A stretch of DNA of 59,774 nt from Gaiellales bacterium (GCA_036263035.1 DATAHR010000264.1:1-59774), one strand, 5' to 3'. Counted from the stretch's first letter, positions 1-8,197 are shown. Notes: generated from the sequence alone by a model not told the origin. A program made the numbers and translations.

Positions 1-1131
1 TGGCTCCTCGAGCGCCAGCTGCTCGTCGATGCCCTTCAGGCCCGCGGCGATGATGGCCGCGAAGGCGAGGTACGGGTTGCAGTCGGCGCCGGGCATGCGG
101 TTCTCGAGTCGCATGCCGTTGCCATGACCGACGACGCGGAAGGCGCACGTCCGGTTGTCGGTGTCCCAGACGAGCGTGGTGGGTGCGAAGGAGCCGGTGG
201 CGAAGCGCTTGTACGAGTTGATGTTGGGCGCGTAGAAGTAGGTGAGCTCGCGCATGTATCGGAGCTGGCCGGCGATGAAGTGCTGGAACGTGTCGCTCAT
301 CCCGTGGCCGTCGGCCGCCGGGAACAGGCTGCCGTTGCGGTCCCAGAAGCTGCAGTGGATGTGGCAGGAGTTCCCCTCCCGCTCGTCCCACTTGGCCATG
401 AACGAGATCGAGCTGCCGTGCTGCCATGCGATCTCACGTGCGCCGTTCTTGTAGATGCTGTGGTTGTCGGCCATTGTCAGCGCGTCGGCGTAGTGGAAGT
501 TGACCTCGTGCTGGCCGAAGTTGCACTCGCCCTTGGAGTCCTCGACAGGGATGCCGGCCCCGGCCATGCCGAGCCTGATCGGGCGGATCACGTCCTCGAC
601 GATCGTGGTGCCGAAGATCGAGTAGTCGACGTTGTAGGGGTTGGCGCCGGTGAGGCCGTGGTAGCGCTTGGCCCGAGCGTCGTCGTAGGAGTCCCGGAAC
701 AGCATGAACTCGAGCTCCGACCCGATGTTCGCCGTCCAGCCCCGCTCTGCCAGCCGCTCCAGCTGGCGGCGCAGGATCTGCCGCGGCGAGGCCACCACCG
801 GCGTGCCGTCCTGCCATTCCAGGTCGGCGACGACGAGTGCGGTGGCCTCCAGCCAGGGCACGCGGCGGAGCGTCGCCATGTCCGGACGGAAGACGAAGTC
901 GCCGTAGCCGGTGTCCCAGGACCCCATGCTGAAGCCCTGCACCGTGGCCATGTCCACGTCCACCGTCAGCAGGTAGTAGCAGCCCTCCGCGCCGTGCTCG
1001 GCGATGTCGGAGAGGAAGAAGGGCGCATGCAGCCGCTTTCCCATCAGTCGCCCCTGCATGTCGGTCATCACCAGCAGGACGGTGTCGATCCGCCCTGCCT
1101 CGACCTCAGCCCGTAGCTCGTCGAGTGTCAC
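1..1131 (-). CDS. Glutamine synthetase-family ligase (GlnA3 / gamma-glutamyl-amine synthetase-like); C-terminus runs off the left edge
   Basis: Absent from the ORF track because it is edge-truncated. Reverse translation is open from 1131 to 1 and reads VTLDELRAEVEAGRIDTVLLVMTDMQGRLMGKR...SKGECNFGQHEVNF...NINSYKRF...ENRMPGADCNPYLAFAAIIAAGLKGI, which are GS N-domain and catalytic motifs. GGAGGG lies 5 nt upstream of GTG 1131. An in-frame ATG at 1164 is an alternative start. Confidence 0.85.
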   Translation of the reverse strand, partial: MTLDELRAEVEAGRIDTVLLVMTDMQGRLMGKRLHAPFFLSDIAEHGAEGCYYLLTVDVDMATVQGFSMGSWDTGYGDFVFRPDMATLRRVPWLEATALVVADLEWQDGTPVVASPRQILRRQLERLAERGWTANIGSELEFMLFRDSYDDARAKRYHGLTGANPYNVDYSIFGTTIVEDVIRPIRLGMAGAGIPVEDSKGECNFGQHEVNFHYADALTMADNHSIYKNGAREIAWQHGSSISFMAKWDEREGNSCHIHCSFWDRNGSLFPAADGHGMSDTFQHFIAGQLRYMRELTYFYAPNINSYKRFATGSFAPTTLVWDTDNRTCAFRVVGHGNGMRLENRMPGADCNPYLAFAAIIAAGLKGIDEQLALEEP

Positions 1132-1163
1132 TGCGGCCCTCCGTGGTGGATTGCGGCCATTCA

Positions 1164-1169
1164 TATACT
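1164..1169 (+). promoter_or_regulatory. -10-like TATACT, 8 nt upstream of ATG 1178 (leaderless-type)
   Basis: TATACTgggtcggtATG read directly. Confidence 0.35.
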
Positions 1170-1177
1170 GGGTCGGT

Positions 1178-1894
1178 ATGCACCGCAACCGCCCGCTGAT
1201 CGGCATCACGGCGTACGAGGTGCCGGCGAGCTTCTCCCACTGGCGGGACATGCCGACCATGATGGTGCCGGCCGGATACGCCCACGCCGTCATCGCGGCC
1301 GGGGGCCTGCCTGTCGTCATCCCGCCGTCGGGGGGCACATCCGACCTGCTCGACCGGGTGGACGGCCTCGTCTTCAGCGGCGGCTCGGACATCGACCCCG
1401 CCCTGTACGGCCAGGCGCCGGAACCGGAGACCGGGCCGGTGGTGCGGCACCGAGACGACTCGGAGCTGGAGCTGCTGCGGGCTGCACTCGAGCGGGACGT
1501 GCCCGTGCTCGGGGTGTGCCGTGGCATGCAGCTGCTGAACATCGCCGTCGGCGGCACGCTCGTCCAGCACCTGCCGGAGAAGCCCGGCGTGGTGCACAAG
1601 GGGCCGCCGGGAACGTTCACGACCCACGACGTGGCCGTGGCGCCGGGGTCGCGGCTGCACGGGATGGTGGGCGGCGCGGTGGCCGTGCACTCCTGCCACC
1701 ATCAGGGCGTCGACCGGCTGGGCGAGGATCTAGTCGTAACGGCGCACGCTCCGGACGGTGTGGTCGAGGGCATCGAGACCGAGGGTGAGCGGTTCGCCGT
1801 GGGTGTGCTCTGGCACCCGGAGGAGCATGCCGAGCTGGGCGGCCCGCTGTTCCGGGGGCTGGTCGAGGCGGCGTCGCCCGCGCCGGCGCTCTAG
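1178..1894 (+). CDS. Gamma-glutamyl-GABA hydrolase-like class I glutamine amidotransferase (peptidase C26, PuuD-like)
   Basis: MHRNRPLIGITAYE..., GVCRGMQLLN nucleophile elbow, SCHHQGV and VLWHPE motifs. ATG 1178 is preferred to the extended track start at 1004, which overlaps the divergent GS gene. Confidence 0.85.
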   Translation: MHRNRPLIGITAYEVPASFSHWRDMPTMMVPAGYAHAVIAAGGLPVVIPPSGGTSDLLDRVDGLVFSGGSDIDPALYGQAPEPETGPVVRHRDDSELELLRAALERDVPVLGVCRGMQLLNIAVGGTLVQHLPEKPGVVHKGPPGTFTTHDVAVAPGSRLHGMVGGAVAVHSCHHQGVDRLGEDLVVTAHAPDGVVEGIETEGERFAVGVLWHPEEHAELGGPLFRGLVEAASPAPAL

Positions 1895-1939
1895 TTGTCG
1901 GCCTGTACAACGAGCCGCGCGGCACGTACGTTGAGAGGG

Positions 1940-3061
1940 ATGAAGAGGCTCCTTCCGATCGCCCTGCTCTTGGCCGTGATGCTGGCAGGGGCGGCTTCCG
2001 CTGCCGGCGCGTCGGCCGCCCAGCTCCCAACGACGCCCTTCGCGCTGCCGCGCTGGCAGTCACCCGCCATGCCGCCTGCTCTCGCCCAGACCGGCTCCGT
2101 GCCCCAGCCGACCGCCGAGCTGCGGTTCGCGCCGGTGACCGTGAGCGTCAACGACGTGGATTACACGATGCGGATGGACGTCTTCGCCTTCGTTACCCAG
2201 GTCGGATCGTTCACCTTCTTCGACGTGTCGCTGAGCCGCGGGGCCGTGGGATCGGCCGTCCAGTCGCACCTCTACTGGCTGGCGCCGGCGAACCCGATCA
2301 GCTTCCACGTCGCCCGAAGGACGCTCGCCACCGCGACGTTCGATTCCGGCGCCGAGCTCGCGCCTGACGCCTTCGCCGGCTCGTTCACGGCATCCGCCTC
2401 GCAGAAGCGCGTGGCGTGCACGCTCACCAACGGGCGCACCGGGTACCGCAGCAGCGCGCCCGGCACGGTCAGCTGGAGCCGGTTCTCGCTGGACACCGGC
2501 ACGTCCCCGTTCTTCGGCACGCTGGTGAACGGGCCGGCCGACGCCAAGTTGATCTGGGATCCCGGGTGCAAGCAGCGGCGCCACCATCACCGGCGTCACC
2601 TGCCCGCCTGCGGGTTTCGGGACATCCTGTCGGCGCAGGACGCCGCCGGCTCAAACGCGTTCGAGATCGGGCTGAACTACCCCCGTACGCGCACGCTGCA
2701 GGCGGTTGTCAACGCGTTCGACCCGACCGATGTGAAGGCGGTGATCCACTTCTCGGTCGCCGCCGGGCCGGCCGGCGACCTGCCGCCGCCGACCCACTCG
2801 GCGACGGGTGCGACGGCCCATGTCGTGACGACCGGGTCACCGTTCCTGACCGGGTCGTCGACCTTCACGTCATCGCACGCGCCGAGGGTGTCGCTCGTCC
2901 ACCGATGCCGCGCGCAGGGCAGCGTCCACCACTACCGCAGCCTCCGCTACCGCGGCGGGCTGGCTCCCGACCCGACGCCGCTGACGGCGCCGTTCGACAC
3001 GGGCGATCTCGCGGTTCCGGCGATGCCGGCGGTGCTCGTGGTGCGGCGTTATCTGGACTAG
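1940..3061 (+). CDS. Secreted hypothetical protein (signal peptide, His/Arg-rich linker)
   Basis: MKRLLPIALLLAVMLAGAASAAGASA signal-like N-terminus preceded by GAGAGGG. High GC3 coding pattern. No recognisable catalytic motif. Internal RRHHHRRH stretch. Confidence 0.6.
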   Translation: MKRLLPIALLLAVMLAGAASAAGASAAQLPTTPFALPRWQSPAMPPALAQTGSVPQPTAELRFAPVTVSVNDVDYTMRMDVFAFVTQVGSFTFFDVSLSRGAVGSAVQSHLYWLAPANPISFHVARRTLATATFDSGAELAPDAFAGSFTASASQKRVACTLTNGRTGYRSSAPGTVSWSRFSLDTGTSPFFGTLVNGPADAKLIWDPGCKQRRHHHRRHLPACGFRDILSAQDAAGSNAFEIGLNYPRTRTLQAVVNAFDPTDVKAVIHFSVAAGPAGDLPPPTHSATGATAHVVTTGSPFLTGSSTFTSSHAPRVSLVHRCRAQGSVHHYRSLRYRGGLAPDPTPLTAPFDTGDLAVPAMPAVLVVRRYLD

Positions 3062-3064
3062 CCG

Positions 3065-3472
3065 CTAGCCGCGCTCGGCCGCGCGGATCGCCTCGATCAG
3101 CTCGTCCAGCCCGACGCCCTTCTTCAGGCAGCTGGCCGCGCCGGCGGCGAGCGCCGCCTCGATCATCTGCGGCTCGTCGTAGGCGGAGAGCACGACCACC
3201 GGCATGGCCCATGGCGCGTGTGCGATCTGCTCGGTGGCCTCGATGCCGTCGACGTTTGGCATGCGCATGTCCATCACCACCACGTCGGGCGTCGACTGCT
3301 CCGCCAGGGTGACGGCCTCGGCACCGTCGCTCGCCTCCGCGACGACCGTCATCCCCGCTTCGGCGAGTGCGTCGCGAAGGACCCCGCGGAGCAGGGCATT
3401 GTCCTCCGCGATGAGGATCCGTATCGACTCCGCCACTTGGGCCAAAAGCCTACGCGTTTGCCCGGCGGGCAC
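3065..3472 (-). CDS. Stand-alone CheY-like response regulator receiver domain
   Basis: IRILIAEDN...DVVVMDMRMPNVDG...VVVLSAY...CLKKG, so the acidic pocket, phospho-Asp, Ser/Thr and Lys positions are all present. No output domain. It begins 18 nt downstream of the DHp-PfkB gene. Confidence 0.85.
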   Translation of the reverse strand: MPAGQTRRLLAQVAESIRILIAEDNALLRGVLRDALAEAGMTVVAEASDGAEAVTLAEQSTPDVVVMDMRMPNVDGIEATEQIAHAPWAMPVVVLSAYDEPQMIEAALAAGAASCLKKGVGLDELIEAIRAAERG

Positions 3473-3490
3473 GCAACCGGGGCCGGTCGA

Positions 3491-4456
3491 TCACGCGTCG
3501 TACAGGCGCTGGACGCCCTCCTGTGCGGAGGCCGCCGCGGCCCGTGGATCGAGCCCGCGGGTGCGGCCCAGGCAGTAGAGGGCCGCGAACGAGTCCCCGG
3601 CGCCGGTGGGGTCGGCGAACCGCCGCCCGTTGCCCGGAACAACGTGCTCCTCGCCGTCCACGACCAGGATGCATCCCTGGTCAGCCCGCGTGATCAGCAG
3701 CTCGGGGACGTCCGGACGGCCGGTCGCTCGCGCCTCCTGCTCGTTCAGCTTGAGCGCCGTGACGCCGTCGAGCCGCGCCGGGTCGATCGGCCCCAGCCGC
3801 ACCGGGCCCGGCTCTGATCCCCGGGCAAGTCCCTGGCCGTCCAGGCAGACGGTGATGCCGCCGTCCGCGAACACCCGCAACGTCTCGGCCGGGAAGTCGT
3901 CGGCGGTCTGGCTGCCGAGGAGCACCCAGGCGCATCCGTCGAGCTGCGGCAACAGGTGTCGTGCCGCCTCGGGTGTGAGCGGCTCGGGAATGCTGGCGAT
4001 CTCCTGCTCGGTGCCCTCCGCCGTGTGGCGCAGCCGCGAGACCAGCGTGCCGGTCTCGATCGCCACAGGGCATGCGCCCGCCGCGGCCAGCGCCCGGGCC
4101 GCATAGTGAGGGGTGCCTCCCGGCCGGCGCACCTGGGTTCCGTCTTCGAGCACCACCTCGTCCTGCGCGGCCGGGCCGAGCACGGCCACCCGCTCCCCGG
4201 CCTGCCGCCGGGCCGGGTCCAGCTGCTCGCACAGGCGCCGCAGCTCGGTCGCCCCCTCGGCCGCCAGCTCCTCCAGCCGTGTGAGGCCGAGGCGGGCTCG
4301 CTCGACGTCCCCCTGGTCGAGCGCGTGCCGCGTTCCGTCCGCGACCAGGCGCAGCGCGGTCAGGATCTGCTGCGGGCCGTCGTGGAGCTGCTCGGCGAGC
4401 GCGCGCCGCTCATCCGCCGGCGCAGGCCCGCCGCCGTCGGAACCTCCGGCCGGCAT
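3491..4456 (-). CDS. HisKA_3 (DHp) domain fused to a PfkB/ribokinase-family kinase domain; no HATPase_c, no sensor or TM region
   Basis: N-terminus DERRALAEQLHDGPQQILTALRL...ATELRRLCEQLDP matches the NarX/DesK-type H-box plus second DHp helix. Residues about 88-321 carry the PfkB motifs RRPGGTP (GG), LNEQEA (NxxE) and DPTGAGDSF (catalytic GAGD). The start shares nt 4456 with the stop of the upstream NarL-type regulator. Confidence 0.8.
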   Translation of the reverse strand: MPAGGSDGGGPAPADERRALAEQLHDGPQQILTALRLVADGTRHALDQGDVERARLGLTRLEELAAEGATELRRLCEQLDPARRQAGERVAVLGPAAQDEVVLEDGTQVRRPGGTPHYAARALAAAGACPVAIETGTLVSRLRHTAEGTEQEIASIPEPLTPEAARHLLPQLDGCAWVLLGSQTADDFPAETLRVFADGGITVCLDGQGLARGSEPGPVRLGPIDPARLDGVTALKLNEQEARATGRPDVPELLITRADQGCILVVDGEEHVVPGNGRRFADPTGAGDSFAALYCLGRTRGLDPRAAAASAQEGVQRLYDA

Positions 4457-5124
4457 CAGTCGATCAGGGCGTAGCGCAGCGCCAGCGCCACGGCCTGCGT
4501 CCGGGTGTCGGCCTCGAGCTTGGTCATGGCGTTGCGCACGTGCGTGCGCACGGTCTCGGGGCTGATGTACAGCCGCGAGGCGATCTCCGGGTTGGAGTAG
4601 CCGTTTGCCAGCAGCCCCAGGATCTCCCGCTCGCGCGTCGACAGCGCCGGCAGCCGCTCTGTCGCCTTGGGAGACACCAGCTCCGATGCCAGCGTCGGGT
4701 CGACGTACGCACCGCCCTCCGCCACGCGCTTCACCGCGCGGACGATGTCGTCGGGCGGCGCGTCCTTGAGGACGTAGCCGCGCGCCCCGCAGTCGAGGCC
4801 CTCGGCCAGCAGCCCGCGCTCGCCGTGGGCCGTGTACAGGATCACCGCCATGCCGGGATGGGCGGCGGTGATCCGGCGAGTCGCCTCGAAGCCGTCCATG
4901 CCGCGCATGCGCACGTCCATGAGGATCACGTCCGGCCGCCGGCGGTCCGCCATCTCGATCGCCGCGTCGCCGTTCGAGCTCTCGCCGATCACCGCGATCT
5001 CGCGATCGCGTGCCAGGATCATCTTGACCCCCTCTCTGACGGCAGCGTGATCGTCGACGACCAGCACCCGCACCTGCTCGGTCTTTCGCTCGTCGACCGT
5101 CTCAGCGTCCTCGGTGGAGCTCAT
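4456..5124 (-). CDS. NarL/FixJ-family response regulator (REC + LuxR-type HTH)
   Basis: VRVLVVDDH...VILMDVRMRGMDG...ILYTAH...YVLKD receiver, then LSTREREILGLLANGYSNPEIASRLYISPETVRTHVRNAMTKL, a LuxR HTH. Confidence 0.9.
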   Translation of the reverse strand: MSSTEDAETVDERKTEQVRVLVVDDHAAVREGVKMILARDREIAVIGESSNGDAAIEMADRRRPDVILMDVRMRGMDGFEATRRITAAHPGMAVILYTAHGERGLLAEGLDCGARGYVLKDAPPDDIVRAVKRVAEGGAYVDPTLASELVSPKATERLPALSTREREILGLLANGYSNPEIASRLYISPETVRTHVRNAMTKLEADTRTQAVALALRYALID

Positions 5125-5130
5125 GGCCCT

Positions 5131-5161
5131 CCAAATCGTACTGCCGCGGGGGAACGATTGG
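5131..5161. promoter_or_regulatory. Imperfect inverted repeat CCAAATCGT-N14-ACGATTGG in the divergent regulator/CDF intergenic region (candidate operator)
   Basis: Read directly: ccaaatcgt (5131-5139) and acgattgg (5154-5161) are near reverse complements. They sit between starts 5124 (-) and 5188 (+). Confidence 0.3.
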
Positions 5162-5174
5162 AAACACCCTCCCG

Positions 5175-5180
5175 TACAAT
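5175..5180 (+). promoter_or_regulatory. -10-like TACAAT, 7 nt upstream of ATG 5188 (leaderless-type)
   Basis: TACAATcgcgcgcATG. No SD. Confidence 0.4.
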
Positions 5181-5187
5181 CGCGCGC

Positions 5188-6537
5188 ATGTCAACTGCGC
5201 GGCGTACGGCGCTTCTCTCCTTCCTCGCCGCTCTCGGACTGACGGCCGCGAAGCTGGTCGTCGGCCTGGCCACGTCAAGCCTGGGCATCCTGGCCGAGGC
5301 CGCGCACTCAGGGCTGGATGCGGTCGCGGCGCTGCTGTCGCTGTACGCCGTGGGCGTGGCGGAGCGGCCCCCCGACGCGCAGCACCAGTACGGGCATGGC
5401 AAGGCGCAGAACCTGGGCGCACTGACCGAGGCGGTGATCCTTGCGGGGGTGGCCGTCTGGATCGGCGTCGAGGCGGTGCTGCGGCTGCGGTCGGGAGGGG
5501 GCGACGTGCAGGCGCACTGGTACGCCTTCGTGCTGCTCGGCGCGGTGCTCGCGATTGACGCCACCCGCGCGTACCTCTCCTACCGGGTCGGCCGCGCCGA
5601 GCGAAATGCTGCGCTGGTGGCGAGCGCGGTGCACTTCGCGTCGGACTTCGCCGGCACGACCGCGGTGCTGATCGGCCTCACCGCTGTTGCCGCGGGCTAC
5701 CCGCGCGGCGACGCCGTGGCGGCCCTGTGCGTCGCGGTGCTCGTGTTCGTCGCGGCCGTACGGCTCGCGGCGCACAACGTCGACATCCTCATGGATCGGG
5801 CGCCGAGCGGGCTCACCCGCGAGATCGAGCAGGCGGCCCGGGCGGTGCCGGGCGTCACCGAGGTGCGCTCGGTGCGGGTGCGCGAGGCTGCCGGCGAGAG
5901 CTTCGCCGACGTCACCATCGGCGTGTCCCGGCTCGAAGGGCTGGAGCGCAGCCACCAGACCATGGACGAGGTGGAGGAGGCGGTGCGGTCGCGCATCGGC
6001 CCGGCGCAGGTCACGGTGCACGTGGAGCCGAGCGCCGGTGGGGAGGCGCCCAACGAGCGCGTCGCCGCCGCGGCGCTGCGGGTGCCGGGCGTCGTCGAGA
6101 CGCACAACATCACCGTGCTCGATGGCGACGACGGCCGCGCCATCACGCTGCACGTCCGCCTGGACGAGGACATGGCCATGCGCGACGCAGCTCCGGTCGT
6201 GGAGCGGCTGAAGGAGGAGATCCGGTCAGAGTTCGGCGTCGCACGCGTCTACGCGCACGTCGAGCCATCGGCGCTGGGCGCGCAGCCGGCCCGCGACGTC
6301 GCCGGCGAGGAGCCGGACATCGCCGCGACCGCAACCCGCGTCGTCCGCGCGCTGGCCGGCGAGGGAGCGGAGGTGGTGGTCTACCGCCAGGGCGAGCGGC
6401 TGCTGGTCGTCACGTCGCTTCACGCCGACCCGTCGCAGTCCGTGCGCGAGGCGCACAACCTGGCAAGCCGAGTCGAGGACGCCCTGCGCGACGCCCTCGA
6501 CTCGGTCGACGATGTGATCGTCGAGGTGCTTCTCTAG
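5188..6537 (+). CDS. Cation diffusion facilitator (CDF) metal efflux transporter with three tandem cytoplasmic C-terminal domains
   Basis: MSTARRTALLSFLAALGLTAAKLVVG...AEAAHSGLDAV...HQYGHGKAQNLGAL is the CDF TM core. It is followed by three successive PGV-x-E...HVEP-type modules. ATG 5188 is preferred to the track start 4540, which is antisense to the regulator gene. Confidence 0.85.
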   Translation: MSTARRTALLSFLAALGLTAAKLVVGLATSSLGILAEAAHSGLDAVAALLSLYAVGVAERPPDAQHQYGHGKAQNLGALTEAVILAGVAVWIGVEAVLRLRSGGGDVQAHWYAFVLLGAVLAIDATRAYLSYRVGRAERNAALVASAVHFASDFAGTTAVLIGLTAVAAGYPRGDAVAALCVAVLVFVAAVRLAAHNVDILMDRAPSGLTREIEQAARAVPGVTEVRSVRVREAAGESFADVTIGVSRLEGLERSHQTMDEVEEAVRSRIGPAQVTVHVEPSAGGEAPNERVAAAALRVPGVVETHNITVLDGDDGRAITLHVRLDEDMAMRDAAPVVERLKEEIRSEFGVARVYAHVEPSALGAQPARDVAGEEPDIAATATRVVRALAGEGAEVVVYRQGERLLVVTSLHADPSQSVREAHNLASRVEDALRDALDSVDDVIVEVLL

Positions 6538-6543
6538 CCTGGC

Positions 6544-7722
6544 CTAGCGAGCTGCCAGCGTGACCGTGACGGTGGACTGCTTGCCGTCGCGGTAGATGCC
6601 GAGCTGCACCGTATCGCCCGCCTTCTTGGCGGCGATCCCGCCCGACAGGTCGTCGAACGTGTGGATCTGCTTGCCGTCGATGCTCGTGATGATGTCGCCG
6701 CCGAGCGTCATCGTCTGGCCCTGGATCGTGGCCTGGGTGGTGCCGGCCTTCAGCCCGGCCATGGCCGCCGGCGAGCCGGACTCGACCTTGCCGATCAGCA
6801 CGCCGTGGTCGACGCCCAGGTTCAGCGCCTGCGCCAGGTTCGGGGTGATCTCGGACCCGAGGATGCCCAGGTAGGTGTGCTGGGCCTTGCCGCTGGTGAT
6901 GATCTGGTCGGCCACGGTCTTCACCGTGTTGATCGGGACGGCGAAGCCGATGCCGATGCTGCCGCTCTGCGGGTTGTTCGGGTCGTCGGAGAGAATCTGG
7001 CTCGTGATGCCGATCACCTGGCCCTCGTCGTTGATCAGCGGGCCACCCGAGTTGCCGTGGTTGATCGCGGCGTCGGTCTGGATGGCGCCGCGGATCTGGA
7101 CGTTGCCCTGCAGCGACCCGATGTCGCGGTTGACCGCCGAGACGATGCCGGTCGTGGCGGTGCGGGCCTCGCCGAGCGGGTTGCCGATCGCGACAACGGG
7201 ATCGCCCACCTGGACGTCCGACGAGTTGCCGAGCGCCAGCGGCGTCAGCGCCTCGGCCGGCGCGTCCACCTTGAGCACGGCGACGTCGGTGCTCCGGTCG
7301 ATCCCGAGCACCTTCGCGTCGTACGTGCGTGAGGTGGCATCGGCGCCGAACGCGACCTGCACCTTCGAGGCGTTCAGGACGACGTGCGCGTTGGTCAGGA
7401 TGTGGCCGCTCTTATCGATCACGAAGCCCGAGCCGAGCGCCTGCGCCTGCTGCTGCTGCGGGGCACCGAACGGGTCGAACTGGTTGGACGTCGTGGTGGT
7501 CGTCGTGGCCGTGACCACGACCACGCCCGGGGCGTCCTTCCGGTAGATCTGGTTCACCGAGAGTCCCTGCTGCGGCGGCGCCGAAACGGTCGTCGCTGCG
7601 GGGGACGCGGTGCGGATGATGGTGCGGGTGTCTGAGTGAGTCGAGTCGACGGCGTACGCGGTGACGCCGCCGGCGAGCGCTGCCGCTACCACCAGCGCGC
7701 CGGTTCTGAATGAGTTCGTCAT
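6544..7722 (-). CDS. htrA: HtrA/DegP-family serine protease (trypsin-like domain + PDZ), membrane anchored
   Basis: N-terminal TM segment, TNAHVV (His), DVAVLKV (Asp), GNSGGPL (Ser), and a C-terminal PDZ-like GVLIGKVESGSPAAMAGLKAG...GDIITSIDG. Confidence 0.9.
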   Translation of the reverse strand: MTNSFRTGALVVAAALAGGVTAYAVDSTHSDTRTIIRTASPAATTVSAPPQQGLSVNQIYRKDAPGVVVVTATTTTTTSNQFDPFGAPQQQQAQALGSGFVIDKSGHILTNAHVVLNASKVQVAFGADATSRTYDAKVLGIDRSTDVAVLKVDAPAEALTPLALGNSSDVQVGDPVVAIGNPLGEARTATTGIVSAVNRDIGSLQGNVQIRGAIQTDAAINHGNSGGPLINDEGQVIGITSQILSDDPNNPQSGSIGIGFAVPINTVKTVADQIITSGKAQHTYLGILGSEITPNLAQALNLGVDHGVLIGKVESGSPAAMAGLKAGTTQATIQGQTMTLGGDIITSIDGKQIHTFDDLSGGIAAKKAGDTVQLGIYRDGKQSTVTVTLAAR

Positions 7723-7756
7723 GCCTGTCTTCTACGCGCGGCGAATTGGCGCCCGA

Positions 7757-8179
7757 TTACATACTTGGAGACGCATTGGATCCGGCTCTGCGCGTCTGCC
7801 GGCGGGCGATCGCGAACGAGATCAGTCCGATCACGAACAGCGCGGCGATGTGCGACGCGGTCAGGCTGAACCTGTAGAGCGGGTTCGACCCGTCCCGCCA
7901 CAGCCGCGCCATGTCGGCCAGCACGGCAACGGAGCCCACGACAGCCACCGTGTCGGCCAGTGGGGCGCCGGCGCCCGTCTCGAGGTGCAGCGCGAACCGG
8001 CTGGCGATCAGCACGGCGGCGAGCACCACCGCCAGCGCCACGCCGTGGTTGAACGCCAGGTCGCGGCGGGCCGTGAGCCCGTCCGCACGGTTCCACTCGT
8101 ACGCGAGATGCGCGAGCACGACAAGGGCCGCCGGCACGCCCGCGGCGGCGGTGTAGGTGCGCAGGCCGGCTGCCGTCAC
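7757..8179 (-). CDS. Small integral membrane protein (about 4 TM), hypothetical
   Basis: Only the C-terminal 140 codons of track ORF 7757-9025 look like protein (hydrophobic helices VPAALVVLAHLAY..., GVALAVVLAAVLIASRF..., VAVVGSVAVLADMA..., AALFVIGLISFAIA). The rest is antisense to the lipid kinase. GTG at 8179 is in frame. Confidence 0.5.
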   Translation of the reverse strand: MTAAGLRTYTAAAGVPAALVVLAHLAYEWNRADGLTARRDLAFNHGVALAVVLAAVLIASRFALHLETGAGAPLADTVAVVGSVAVLADMARLWRDGSNPLYRFSLTASHIAALFVIGLISFAIARRQTRRAGSNASPSM

Positions 8180-8185
8180 GGTGAC

Positions 8186-8191
8186 TATCGT
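8186..8191 (+). promoter_or_regulatory. -10-like TATCGT, 6 nt upstream of GTG 8198
   Basis: TATCGTagccccGTG. Confidence 0.35.
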
Positions 8192-8197
8192 AGCCCC

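Noticed and set aside
124-1116. 330-aa plus-strand ORF (and 434-817 minus, 127 aa) covering the left end
   Set aside because: Val/Arg/Gly/Asp-rich low-complexity translation. The opposite strand in another frame gives an uninterrupted glutamine-synthetase sequence with all hallmark motifs, so these are high-GC shadow ORFs.
4540-5187. N-terminal extensions of track ORFs (CDF from 4540, lipid kinase from 7661, hemL from 18640, polyprenyl synthase from 27743, Wzy_C-2 from 54576, sat from 57079, cysH from 58730, and others)
   Set aside because: The extensions overlap neighbouring real genes and are low-complexity. Internal starts coincide with stop/start overlaps, RBSs or -10-like hexamers, and with the expected N-termini of the families.
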